In this document: in pieces, positions 19,801-27,970 of the stretch
Numbering within the stretch: the first letter of the stretch is position 1
Layout of the letters: each line of letters starts with the position of its first letter
Assembly: GCA_043799565.1 (NCBI GenBank)
Contig: JAZDNP010000008.1
Span: 9,553 to 73,552, forward strand
Source of the DNA: Candidatus Brennerbacteria bacterium
Lineage (GTDB): Bacteria; Patescibacteriota; Minisyncoccia; UBA6257; GWB1-50-10
Reading direction: 5' to 3'
Length of the DNA stretch: 64,000 nucleotides
Program-made: the position numbers and the translations under genes
Notes under the pieces: model-generated
Database searches by the model: none
Told to the model about the DNA's origin: nothing
What the model saw: only the letters and a program-made list of their open reading frames with translations

Positions 19801-19824
19801 CGCCTCGTGGGAGGTGATTTTTTA
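19801..19824 (+). terminator. Rho-independent terminator downstream of tRNA-Pro
   Basis: CGCCTC-GTGG-GAGGTG stem then ATTTTTTA; A-tract on 5' side. Confidence 0.6.
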
Positions 19825-20047
19825 CAGGAAGTTCTGCCTCATGATTCCCGGCTTCTGTTGTACGTGGGTTTCCGCAATTCCGATTCACGAACCGGAATGA
19901 TTAAGAATCCCATTTCAAATTTATTTGATCCGGAATCTAAAAGCAGTACTTCCTACCACCATTATACTCCCGCCCAAATCCCCGAAAGTGGATAACTAAT
20001 TGACCCTAGCCCAAACTTGTGGCCAAGTCTTGGGCGGGCGCAGCACT

Positions 20048-20650
20048 TTATTCTAAAATGCCGTCTAAGTTAACGTCGTAGAGAATGGCATCGCCCACAA
20101 GCCGATAATTCAACAGTTCTTCCGGCCTGAACCAAAGCAGAATCTCCTTTTCGGCCTCTTCCGAAGACCCCGAAGCATGCACAATATTCCTTGTCGCGCG
20201 ATTGTCTTCGTCCGAAACTTCATACGAGTCAATAGTAAAGTCCCCACGGATGGTTCCCACGTCGGAGGTCAAGGGTTCGGTGCCTCCCGTGATCTTCCGA
20301 ACCACTCCCACTGCATGCATCCCTTGCCAGACCATAGCAACCACCGGTCCCGAGGTCATAAACTTCCTCAATTTTGTGAGTGTGATCCCCCCCACCTTTT
20401 CCGGGTCGTCGGAAGGCGGCGTTTGTCCTTTCTTTTTGTACGAATCAATGGTCTTCTGTCCCGATTTGCGCTTCCAATCGGGGTCCACTAGGTAGTGCCG
20501 CTCCGCGAGCGCTTCATCTGCAGTCGTCATTTTGAGCCCCACGAGTTTCAACCCAGTGCGTTCATACCGTTGGACCACCTCTCCGATGAGTGCACGCTGC
20601 ACGCCGTCAGGTTTTACAATAACAAGCGTCCGTTCCTTTTTATTTGCCAT
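20048..20650 (-). CDS. ndk: Nucleoside diphosphate kinase with internal insertion and C-terminal extension
   Basis: NDK motifs (RTLVIVKPDGV, NIVHASGS) but 200 aa; ~30-aa insert before FMTSGPVVAMVWQG and ~20-aa C-extension. Confidence 0.88.
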   Translation of the reverse strand: MANKKERTLVIVKPDGVQRALIGEVVQRYERTGLKLVGLKMTTADEALAERHYLVDPDWKRKSGQKTIDSYKKKGQTPPSDDPEKVGGITLTKLRKFMTSGPVVAMVWQGMHAVGVVRKITGGTEPLTSDVGTIRGDFTIDSYEVSDEDNRATRNIVHASGSSEEAEKEILLWFRPEELLNYRLVGDAILYDVNLDGILE

Positions 20651-22076
20651 TATTCTTCTTTGTTTTCTTTTTCGCGAGTTCCAATCCTAACTCATCCCAT
20701 TGCTCCTTCGCAACTTCCGAGGGCGCATGCATCATGAGGTCGCGCCCGTCCCCCGTCTTCGGAAACGCGATGACCTCGCGGATGTTCGGCTCGTTCTCCA
20801 ATATCATCACGACGCGATCCAACCCCCACGCAATGCCACCGTGCGGCGGTGCGCCATACGAGAGCGCTTCTAGCATATGCCCAAAATTTTCTTTGATTCG
20901 CGTTTTCTCGAATCCCATTACTTCGAACACCGCCTCCAGCGCTTCGGGTCGGTGGTTCCGAATACTTCCACCGCCGATCTCCCATCCGTTCAACGCCACA
21001 TCGTACTGTGACGTAAGAATGCCACCGATGTTTTTCTTCGCAAGCAAATCGCTTATGAACTCCGGCTTCGGCGCCGAGAATGGATTGTGCGTGAAGGTCC
21101 ATCCACCATCCTCAGTTTTTTCAAAAAACGGAAAATCCACTATCCAACAAAACGCCAGAAGATTCGGGTCGTTCTTGTCTTTGCGAAGATCGGGCCGGTC
21201 GGTGCCGTATTTTTCCACCGCTTCCGCATAGGTGAAACGCGGAAATGGTTTTTCCTGAATGCGCTTCTCAGGATACAATTTCTCCACGAGCGCAATTAAA
21301 AGTTCTTCATTCAACGCCATCACGTCCTCCCGCTCCACAAAGCTCATTTCAAGGTCCAACTGCGTGAACTCCGACTGACGATCACCGCGTGTGTCCTCGT
21401 CGCGGAAACATCGCGCAATCTGAAAATAACGCTCAAGGCCCGCGACCATCAAAAGCTGCTTGTATTGCTGGGGCGATTGAGGCAAGGCATAGCACTTCCC
21501 CTGCTGAATACGGCTCGGCACAAGATAGTCGCGCGCGCCTTCGGGCGTGGACTTCGTGAGAATGGGAGTCTCCACCTCGGTAAATTCCTTCTCGCCAAGG
21601 AAATTCCTTATGAATTGTGTGATTTTTGACCGATTCCTGAGATTCTTCTGGAGCCGTGCCCGCCGGAGATCCACATAGCGATACTGCATGCGAACCTCTT
21701 CCCCCACATTATATCCGTCGGAATCAATCGGCACCGGAAGCCCTTCACCGGCCATGCGATTCAAGAATGTGAACGCAGATGCCTGCACTTCATAGTATCC
21801 CAAACGATTCGGTAATTTCTCGTTCACCATTCCCTCGGGACGCGCTTTCACCGTTCCATGTATTTCAATCACGTCCTCGTTTCGAACCTCCCCCACACGT
21901 TCCACTTTCCCCGCAAATACCACCTGCACCGTGCCGGTCCGGTCGCGCATATCCACGAATATGAGCTTGCCGTGGTCGCGGCGTGTGTCGGCCCAACCTT
22001 TCAAGATTATTTCTTCGCCTTCTTTTGTGGGAATATCCCGCACCAGCGTTCGTTCCATATAAAGAAATACTACCAC
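20640..22076 (-). CDS. aspS: Aspartate--tRNA ligase (short form lacking the bacterial GAD insertion)
   Basis: Class II aaRS; anticodon-binding OB N-domain, QSPQQYKQLLMVAG, FRDEDTRGDRQSEFTQLDLEMSF motif-2 region, GGIAWGLDRVVM motif 3; 478 aa. Confidence 0.85.
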   Translation of the reverse strand: MVVFLYMERTLVRDIPTKEGEEIILKGWADTRRDHGKLIFVDMRDRTGTVQVVFAGKVERVGEVRNEDVIEIHGTVKARPEGMVNEKLPNRLGYYEVQASAFTFLNRMAGEGLPVPIDSDGYNVGEEVRMQYRYVDLRRARLQKNLRNRSKITQFIRNFLGEKEFTEVETPILTKSTPEGARDYLVPSRIQQGKCYALPQSPQQYKQLLMVAGLERYFQIARCFRDEDTRGDRQSEFTQLDLEMSFVEREDVMALNEELLIALVEKLYPEKRIQEKPFPRFTYAEAVEKYGTDRPDLRKDKNDPNLLAFCWIVDFPFFEKTEDGGWTFTHNPFSAPKPEFISDLLAKKNIGGILTSQYDVALNGWEIGGGSIRNHRPEALEAVFEVMGFEKTRIKENFGHMLEALSYGAPPHGGIAWGLDRVVMILENEPNIREVIAFPKTGDGRDLMMHAPSEVAKEQWDELGLELAKKKTKKNNGK

Positions 22077-22081
22077 CTCTC

Positions 22082-22987
22082 TTATCGTTCGACAAAAGTC
22101 CGAATGGCTCCGCTCTCCACACGTATGGTAATGGTGCCATCCCTGTCGGTGCGATACACGCGGGCACCTACCGTTTCAAGCCGCGCGAGCGTTTCGCGCG
22201 TCGGGTGACCATAAGAATTCTTACCAACACCAATCGCCGCGAGCGTCGGCCTTACGGCGAAGAGAAACTCCGCCGCGGACGAGAATTTAGAACCGTGATG
22301 CGCAATTTTTAGCACATCAAACGGCTCGGTAATTTTCTTTGCAACTATACGTTCTACATTCGCACCGATATCACCGGTAAAAAGAAACCTTGCTCCACTG
22401 GACTCAAACGCCAGCACCATACTCGTATCGTTCTTCTCTCTCGCAGAAACGAGCGTATCGTCCGGAGAGATTATGGAGAACACCTGCCCGCCATAACGGA
22501 TACGATCTCCCGCACGAAGGGTAGTGCGGCGGATTTTGTACTCCGCCAATTTATTCACCAGCACCTCATACGCCTCAACTTCTTTTGTGACTCCGGCGTC
22601 AATGAACATGCCGACCTCATACCTCCCGAGAAGCTCTATGAGTCCTCCGTAGTGATCAACTTCCGGATGTGTGAGTACCACGAGTTCTATCGTACGATCG
22701 TACGGAAGCATAATTTCGCCAAGCTCCGCGAGAAGCCGCCCGTTCGGCGGACCTCCATCAATGAGCATCTGCACACCTTCCCCCAATTCAACAAGCGAGG
22801 CATCGCCCTGACCCACGTCAAGAAATAAAACCGCAACACTTCCCGCTTCTTTTTCCACGCTTCCCAACAACGCAAAAAGAAATGCGTTCAAAACAAAAAA
22901 CACCGCGAGAACACCAAATATGCGCGGTTTAGATCTTTCGAGAAATGAAGCGAGTATTTGCATACCAAATGAATACGAGAAGCACAC
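22082..22987 (-). CDS. comEC: ComEC C-terminal part: membrane-anchored metallo-beta-lactamase domain
   Basis: THPEVDHYGG (HxHxDH) MBL signature, HHGS; N-terminal TM helix; the listed start (22987) is a GTG alternative start; the first canonical ATG (MQILASF...) is at 22963, inside the 3' end of the upstream ComEC ORF. Confidence 0.8.
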   Translation of the reverse strand: MCFSYSFGMQILASFLERSKPRIFGVLAVFFVLNAFLFALLGSVEKEAGSVAVLFLDVGQGDASLVELGEGVQMLIDGGPPNGRLLAELGEIMLPYDRTIELVVLTHPEVDHYGGLIELLGRYEVGMFIDAGVTKEVEAYEVLVNKLAEYKIRRTTLRAGDRIRYGGQVFSIISPDDTLVSAREKNDTSMVLAFESSGARFLFTGDIGANVERIVAKKITEPFDVLKIAHHGSKFSSAAEFLFAVRPTLAAIGVGKNSYGHPTRETLARLETVGARVYRTDRDGTITIRVESGAIRTFVER

Positions 22988-24407
22988 AGTAATAGAGCAC
23001 GATAGTCCCTATGGAAAGCGCCGGACCGACTGGAAGTGCAAGTGCCGCAAAAAGCTCAATCGTGAACGTTTGAAATTTGAGAAAGAGAAGTGTAAAAAGC
23101 GCAAAAACCTTTGAGAGAACGAGTGGAAGAAATGATACGGCGGCAAGCACAAACCCGAGTCCCATAGTGAGCGGCACCACCTCAAGAATAATTACGTTCG
23201 CAGCGAGTGAAGACAGCGACACGCTTCCGAAAGTGGAAATAAGGAGCGGCGCAACCACAAGCTGCGCCGATGCGGTGGTGGTCAGGTTCTCGCGCCATGA
23301 AAAAATGCCTGGTTTTCCGCTCCATCCAAAAAATTTATCCAGAGATGGCTTCAGATACACAATGCCGAGAAGCGCGAGGAATGAGAGTTGAAACCCAAGA
23401 TCAAACACGAGCACTTTCGGATTTATGAGCACCATAACAAGCGCCGCGAACACGATGGCATTTCGCACGCTGAATCGCCTCCCCATGTGCTGCGCAAGGA
23501 GCGCAATACCTCCCATCACCGCCGCACGAACCACGGACGCCTCGGCACCGGTCATAAGTACGAACGAGCAAACGACCGCGAGCGTGGCGAAGAACGCGAA
23601 CCTTCGCGGGAGAAAAGTGAGAAAGAACGCCATTGCGACTATTACCACGATGGAAATGTTGTACCCCGAAAGCGCCACAAGATGGGTAGTGCCGCTTTTC
23701 GTCATTGCATCGCGGAAACTTTCCGAAAAATCCTCGCGCGCGCCGACAGTAAGCCCCGCCATAAGTGCCGCTTCTTTTGCCGGAAGTGTACGGCGAAACG
23801 AATCCACTATTTCGTCACGAAATGCGTAGAGTGTACCGCGGAGCGAAAAATCCCCCGGTTCACGCGCAATAAGTTTTGGGAACGCAATCACGCCGCGCAC
23901 CCGCTCTTTCGCAAGATATGCGCGATATGAATCCGAAAACGGTTCTTCCATGCGTCCAGAAAGAGTGATGCGGTCGCCGTATGAAAGTGCGGGATACGGC
24001 GGAAGTTTTACGAGCACACGCAGATCATCGGTTCCAATGGTTACTACCGCCTCCCGTGTGCCATCCTTCGAAATCGGGTGAGAAACAACCTCCGCACGGA
24101 ACGTTCCTTCTCCGACTGGTAATGGCGTGCGATTAAATCGCACATCATCCACCGCGCAGTAAAGCGCCCCTGCGGGTATGAAAAGCAAAAGGGCGGCCAT
24201 CACAAGCCACCCATTCCTTTCCCATCGTTTAAATTTCCATCCCTTACCCTGCCACCACCATGCGATGAACGTACCTACCACGCCTACTACCACCATCCAC
24301 CACAGCCACCTCCCCCATTCCACGCCCGCCCCTGCGGACAAACTCGCCGCGAAGATGCCCACCAAAAAGAACATCGCCCCAAAGAAAAACGAATCGTACA
24401 CCCGCAT
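22929..24407 (-). CDS. comEC: ComEC N-terminal part: DUF4131/competence membrane channel domains
   Basis: 492-aa polytopic membrane protein with ComEC/Rec2 core; ends 59 nt inside the start of the MBL ORF, in a different frame. Confidence 0.8.
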   Translation of the reverse strand: MRVYDSFFFGAMFFLVGIFAASLSAGAGVEWGRWLWWMVVVGVVGTFIAWWWQGKGWKFKRWERNGWLVMAALLLFIPAGALYCAVDDVRFNRTPLPVGEGTFRAEVVSHPISKDGTREAVVTIGTDDLRVLVKLPPYPALSYGDRITLSGRMEEPFSDSYRAYLAKERVRGVIAFPKLIAREPGDFSLRGTLYAFRDEIVDSFRRTLPAKEAALMAGLTVGAREDFSESFRDAMTKSGTTHLVALSGYNISIVVIVAMAFFLTFLPRRFAFFATLAVVCSFVLMTGAEASVVRAAVMGGIALLAQHMGRRFSVRNAIVFAALVMVLINPKVLVFDLGFQLSFLALLGIVYLKPSLDKFFGWSGKPGIFSWRENLTTTASAQLVVAPLLISTFGSVSLSSLAANVIILEVVPLTMGLGFVLAAVSFLPLVLSKVFALFTLLFLKFQTFTIELFAALALPVGPALSIGTIVLYYCVLLVFIWYANTRFISRKI

Positions 24408-24429
24408 TTCAAGTAGTATACCACCCCGC

Positions 24430-25671
24430 CTAGACTATCACGCCGCCGGCGAGGAGTTCGCCTTGCGCTGAATACATTACCGCGGATTGACCCGGGGCGA
24501 TGAATTTTTGCGGCGCGACGAATGTGAGCTTGAAGCGCTTTCCGTCACGCGCGAGCATCGCGGGCGAGAGCGATTGACGGTACCGGACACGCGCCATCAC
24601 CTCTATTCGCCAATTCGCGCGAATTGGCGAATCGTAAGGGAGACGGATAAAATTCACATCGGTGAGCGTAAGTTCCTTACGGTAGAGCGCTGGATGATCC
24701 GAACCTTCCGCAACCACCACCGCGTTCGTGGCAACGTCCTTCAGCGCCACATAATGGCGCGCGGTCTCACCGCCTTTTGTGTGCGGCGCGACGCCAATGT
24801 GACGCTGGCCGATGGTGTAGAAGTGTGCGCCCTCATGCTCCCCTATCTTCTCGCCCTCAAGATTAAACACATTGCCCTTTTCCGATGGAAGATAATTTTT
24901 TAGAAAATCCATAAGCGACACATCGCCCAAGAAACAGATACCTTGCGAATCCTTTTTCTCTGCGGTTGAGATGCCCGCTTTTTTCGCAATGGCGCGTACC
25001 GCGGGTTTTAAAAGATTGCCGACCGGAAAAAGCGTCCGCGAAAGTTCCTTCTGTGTGAGCGTCCAAAGAAAATAACTTTGATCCTTATTTTTATCTTTTC
25101 CCTCAAATAAACCGAAAAATGGTGCAACGGGGTTGCTTCGAGGGACATCTCGGAGCTCCGCCGGCTTGGCGTCCGAGCGGAGCGAGGAACGGTGGGGCGA
25201 GAGAGAAGCGGATTTTCTCGCAGGAAGAAAATCACGCTGTGCCAGAGGAGCAATCCGTTGCACCCTCGCATAATGCCCCGTCGCCACATAGTCCGCTCCG
25301 AGCGCTATCGCTTTCTTGAAGAACAGCCCGAACTTTATCTCGCGGTTGCACATCACGTCAGGGTTCGGCGTAAGGCCTGCGCGATACCCTTCCACCATGT
25401 ATGTCACCACCCTCTTTTTGTATTCCTCCTCAAAGTTAAAAAGATAGAACGGAATGCCGATGTGCTCCGCAACTCTGCGCGCATCCTCGGCGTCGCGCTC
25501 CGCACACCCGTCAATGTTGTAGCAACGCATAAAAACGCCGGTTACGTCATAACCTTGTTTCTTCAAAAGCAACGCCGCGATGGAAGAGTCCACGCCGCCC
25601 GACATCCCCACAAAAACCTTTTGCTTCGCCATAACGTCACCATCATACTTGCAAAAACGCGATTCCTTCAA
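24430..25671 (-). CDS. mnmA: tRNA-specific 2-thiouridylase MnmA
   Basis: PP-loop VGMSGGVDSS, catalytic region; probable true start MAKQKVF at 25632; ~50-aa low-complexity insert in the middle. Confidence 0.88.
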   Translation of the reverse strand: MKESRFCKYDGDVMAKQKVFVGMSGGVDSSIAALLLKKQGYDVTGVFMRCYNIDGCAERDAEDARRVAEHIGIPFYLFNFEEEYKKRVVTYMVEGYRAGLTPNPDVMCNREIKFGLFFKKAIALGADYVATGHYARVQRIAPLAQRDFLPARKSASLSPHRSSLRSDAKPAELRDVPRSNPVAPFFGLFEGKDKNKDQSYFLWTLTQKELSRTLFPVGNLLKPAVRAIAKKAGISTAEKKDSQGICFLGDVSLMDFLKNYLPSEKGNVFNLEGEKIGEHEGAHFYTIGQRHIGVAPHTKGGETARHYVALKDVATNAVVVAEGSDHPALYRKELTLTDVNFIRLPYDSPIRANWRIEVMARVRYRQSLSPAMLARDGKRFKLTFVAPQKFIAPGQSAVMYSAQGELLAGGVIV

Positions 25672-25688
25672 TAGAATCTACGAGCAAT

Positions 25689-26267
25689 ATGCTTTCCTAT
25701 AACGAATTGAAGGTCGGTACGATCTTCACCAAAAACGAGGACCCGAATCCGTACCGGGTTATAGAGTACGCCTTCATCCGCATGCAACAGCGGAAACCGG
25801 TGACTCAGTTGAAGATAAAGAATCTCCTCACCGGGAAGGTGCTGGACTATGCGGCACACCAAAACGAGAGCTTTTATGAGGTGGAAATAGAGAATACGCC
25901 GGTAAACTTCATCTACCACAGCAAAGGAGAATACTGGTTTCATGAGAAAGGAAAACCCGCTGCGCGATTCAAATTGCCCGACGAACTGGTGGGAGATGCC
26001 GGCCAATTTCTCAAGGTGAACACGGAGGTAAAAGCATTCAAGTTTAGAGACGCCATTATTTCAATTGAGCTTCCCGTGAAAATGGAACTCAAAGTGACCG
26101 AGGCACCGCCCGCCATCAAAGGCAACACCGCACAAGGCGGCACGAAGACCGTGACGTTGGAGACCGGAGGCAAAGTGAACGTTCCCCTCTTCATCAACGA
26201 AGGCGACATCGTGCGCATCAATACGGAAACTGGCGATTACGCGGAGCGCGTAGAGAAAGGGAAATAG
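25689..26267 (+). CDS. efp: Elongation factor P
   Basis: 192 aa, three-domain EF-P (KIKNLLTG, GDxAQGGTK, VPLFINEGD). Confidence 0.92.
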   Translation: MLSYNELKVGTIFTKNEDPNPYRVIEYAFIRMQQRKPVTQLKIKNLLTGKVLDYAAHQNESFYEVEIENTPVNFIYHSKGEYWFHEKGKPAARFKLPDELVGDAGQFLKVNTEVKAFKFRDAIISIELPVKMELKVTEAPPAIKGNTAQGGTKTVTLETGGKVNVPLFINEGDIVRINTETGDYAERVEKGK

Positions 26268-26269
26268 AA

Positions 26270-26304
26270 GATAAAAAAGAGGACGATTGGATTTCCAATC
26301 GTCC
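26270..26304 (-). terminator. Rho-independent terminator of the RT gene (bidirectional context, convergent with efp)
   Basis: Perfect 11-bp stem GGACGATTGGA-TT-TCCAATCGTCC immediately after the RT stop, followed on the minus strand by UCUUUUUUAUCU. Confidence 0.75.
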
Positions 26305-26307
26305 CCG

Positions 26308-27426
26308 TTACTGTGTCTCCGAACAAAGCCTTGCCCACGGCCGCGCAACCTGTGGCGGCAACGTGGGGCCATAGACTCCGTGGAGATAATCCACGTACCC
26401 TTTCGCCCTTGCACGAAGGTTCTCGTCAAAGATGGCGCGGTGAATGATAGCGCGTATCTTCCGTATCTCCTTCTTCGGCACGCTCACCGAATCACCCGGC
26501 AAACGTTTTGATCCGTCCCGCGACCCGATATGCACCAGTCGAAGCCCCGTCACAAGCGGTGCAATCTGCCTGCGGTCGAAGAATAGTGTTTTATCCCTAT
26601 TGAACCGGAACACTCCTTCTTCTTCCACTATGGCCATGAACGCTTCAACGTCGGAAACCGCGATGGGGGTCGCCGAGGAAATGGTAAAGTCGTCGGCGTA
26701 CACGGATACGCGCACCGCGATACCCTTCTCCTCAAACCATTGCTGTGCCATTTGCGGGACTCCGTAGTGTGAAAGCACGAGGTCCAAAAGGAATGGTGAT
26801 GTCGGCGCGCCCTGTGGTAATGCCCCCCGATACGTCACGAGCGGTATCAATGTATCAAGAAATTCCTCAAGCACCTGATGGTGTTTCACGTTCCGTAACC
26901 ACTTGGGCGGCGGACCGGGCAGAAGAAGTTTCCGAAACCATTTTGCCTTTCTCGTGGAAAACAGGGGTGGGCGCGGATAATCACGTCTCCCCTCTTTACT
27001 CACATCGGCGGCAAGGAGCCGGCACGTGAGTACTTCCGTGGCCACAATCTGTGCGAGCACTTTCCGCACTACAACTCCGGTCACTGAAGGGAACGCGTCC
27101 TTGAGGTCCAGCCGTACCACGTACCGCGCATCGGCGCGCGCATGAAGGCGCGCGTTCGTCACTGAAGAGCGCCCCGGCAGAAATCCGTGGATCTGTGGCG
27201 CGAGCCATCCTTGCTGCCATATCCGATAGAGGAAATACTGCAGAAACTTCCGCTGGAACCTTTTCACGATAGGGTACGGAACCGCGATAGACCGCACGCC
27301 GCCACGCGGTTTCCTTTTCTTGTGGACCTCGTAATGGTCCTGGAACCGGATCGCGTGCTCGAGTTTGGTCTCGGGCCACCCCAACACGCCCGCGAGCAAT
27401 TGCGTGCCGTTGAATAGATAATGCAC
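26308..27426 (-). CDS. Retron-type reverse transcriptase
   Basis: RT1 KRKPRGGVRSIAVP; RT2 HGFLPGRSSVTNARLHA (NAxxH); RT3 LDLKDAFPSV; RT4 LPQGAPTSP; RT5 YADD; VTG triplet after RT7; 372 aa, no maturase/endonuclease domain; GGGAGGTG SD. Confidence 0.85.
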   Translation of the reverse strand: MHYLFNGTQLLAGVLGWPETKLEHAIRFQDHYEVHKKRKPRGGVRSIAVPYPIVKRFQRKFLQYFLYRIWQQGWLAPQIHGFLPGRSSVTNARLHARADARYVVRLDLKDAFPSVTGVVVRKVLAQIVATEVLTCRLLAADVSKEGRRDYPRPPLFSTRKAKWFRKLLLPGPPPKWLRNVKHHQVLEEFLDTLIPLVTYRGALPQGAPTSPFLLDLVLSHYGVPQMAQQWFEEKGIAVRVSVYADDFTISSATPIAVSDVEAFMAIVEEEGVFRFNRDKTLFFDRRQIAPLVTGLRLVHIGSRDGSKRLPGDSVSVPKKEIRKIRAIIHRAIFDENLRARAKGYVDYLHGVYGPTLPPQVARPWARLCSETQ

Positions 27427-27970
27427 GTTACTTCACCTCCCTTCTCCGTATTTTGATAAAGAACGGGCGTGGAGCGACCACTACAGGATCGCTCCACATG
27501 AGTGTGCTTGTCTCAGAGACCGTCAGGAAAGTTGAGATGGGTTGACTTCCGCCCGTTCGAGTTCCCTGCGATGCGGAGTGACTGCTCCGCAAGGTGCGAA
27601 TGGTCGAATGTCGGAGTTGATGGCGGCGAACCGTCCGGATGTTGCGCCGCTGATTCCCAACCGTTCCTCCGGCAGCCAGGTACTGACCACCGTTCCTCAA
27701 AAGAAAAGTACAACAGGATAAAACTCAAGCGACACCTTGCTCACAACCGAAAAGCCGAGGTTGTCAGCTTGCCCACCGTAAGCGTAGGGGTGAGGGTGGG
27801 GTGCGGTCAAGTTTTATCGGTGCAGGTCGTGAAACCGCGGGCGTGAGCTCGCGGATGAACGACCGCGATTGACTGGTGCGCCCGGTGGGCGCACCTTGCC
27901 GACACAACCGCCATGGTGCCGCTCGCGGAAAGCCCCACGCGTGAGCGTGGGGTTCGCCGCGCGGCCGGTT
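27427..27970 (-). ncRNA. Candidate retron non-coding RNA region (msr-msd-like): ORF-free, hairpin-rich leader of the RT gene
   Basis: 544 nt with no plausible ORF on the RT strand; multiple perfect hairpins (27934-27953, 27876-27896, 27479-27507), a 9-bp long-range inverted repeat CGAACGGGCG...CGCCCGTTC enclosing two hairpins just upstream of the RT SD, and ~18-nt direct repeats; exact RNA boundaries unknown. Confidence 0.45.

Noticed and set aside
27428-27700. 90-aa Arg-rich minus-strand ORF ending 1 nt before the RT start codon
   Set aside because: Composition is junk-like. It spans the inverted-repeat-rich leader and overlaps the RT SD, so it is more plausibly non-coding RNA.
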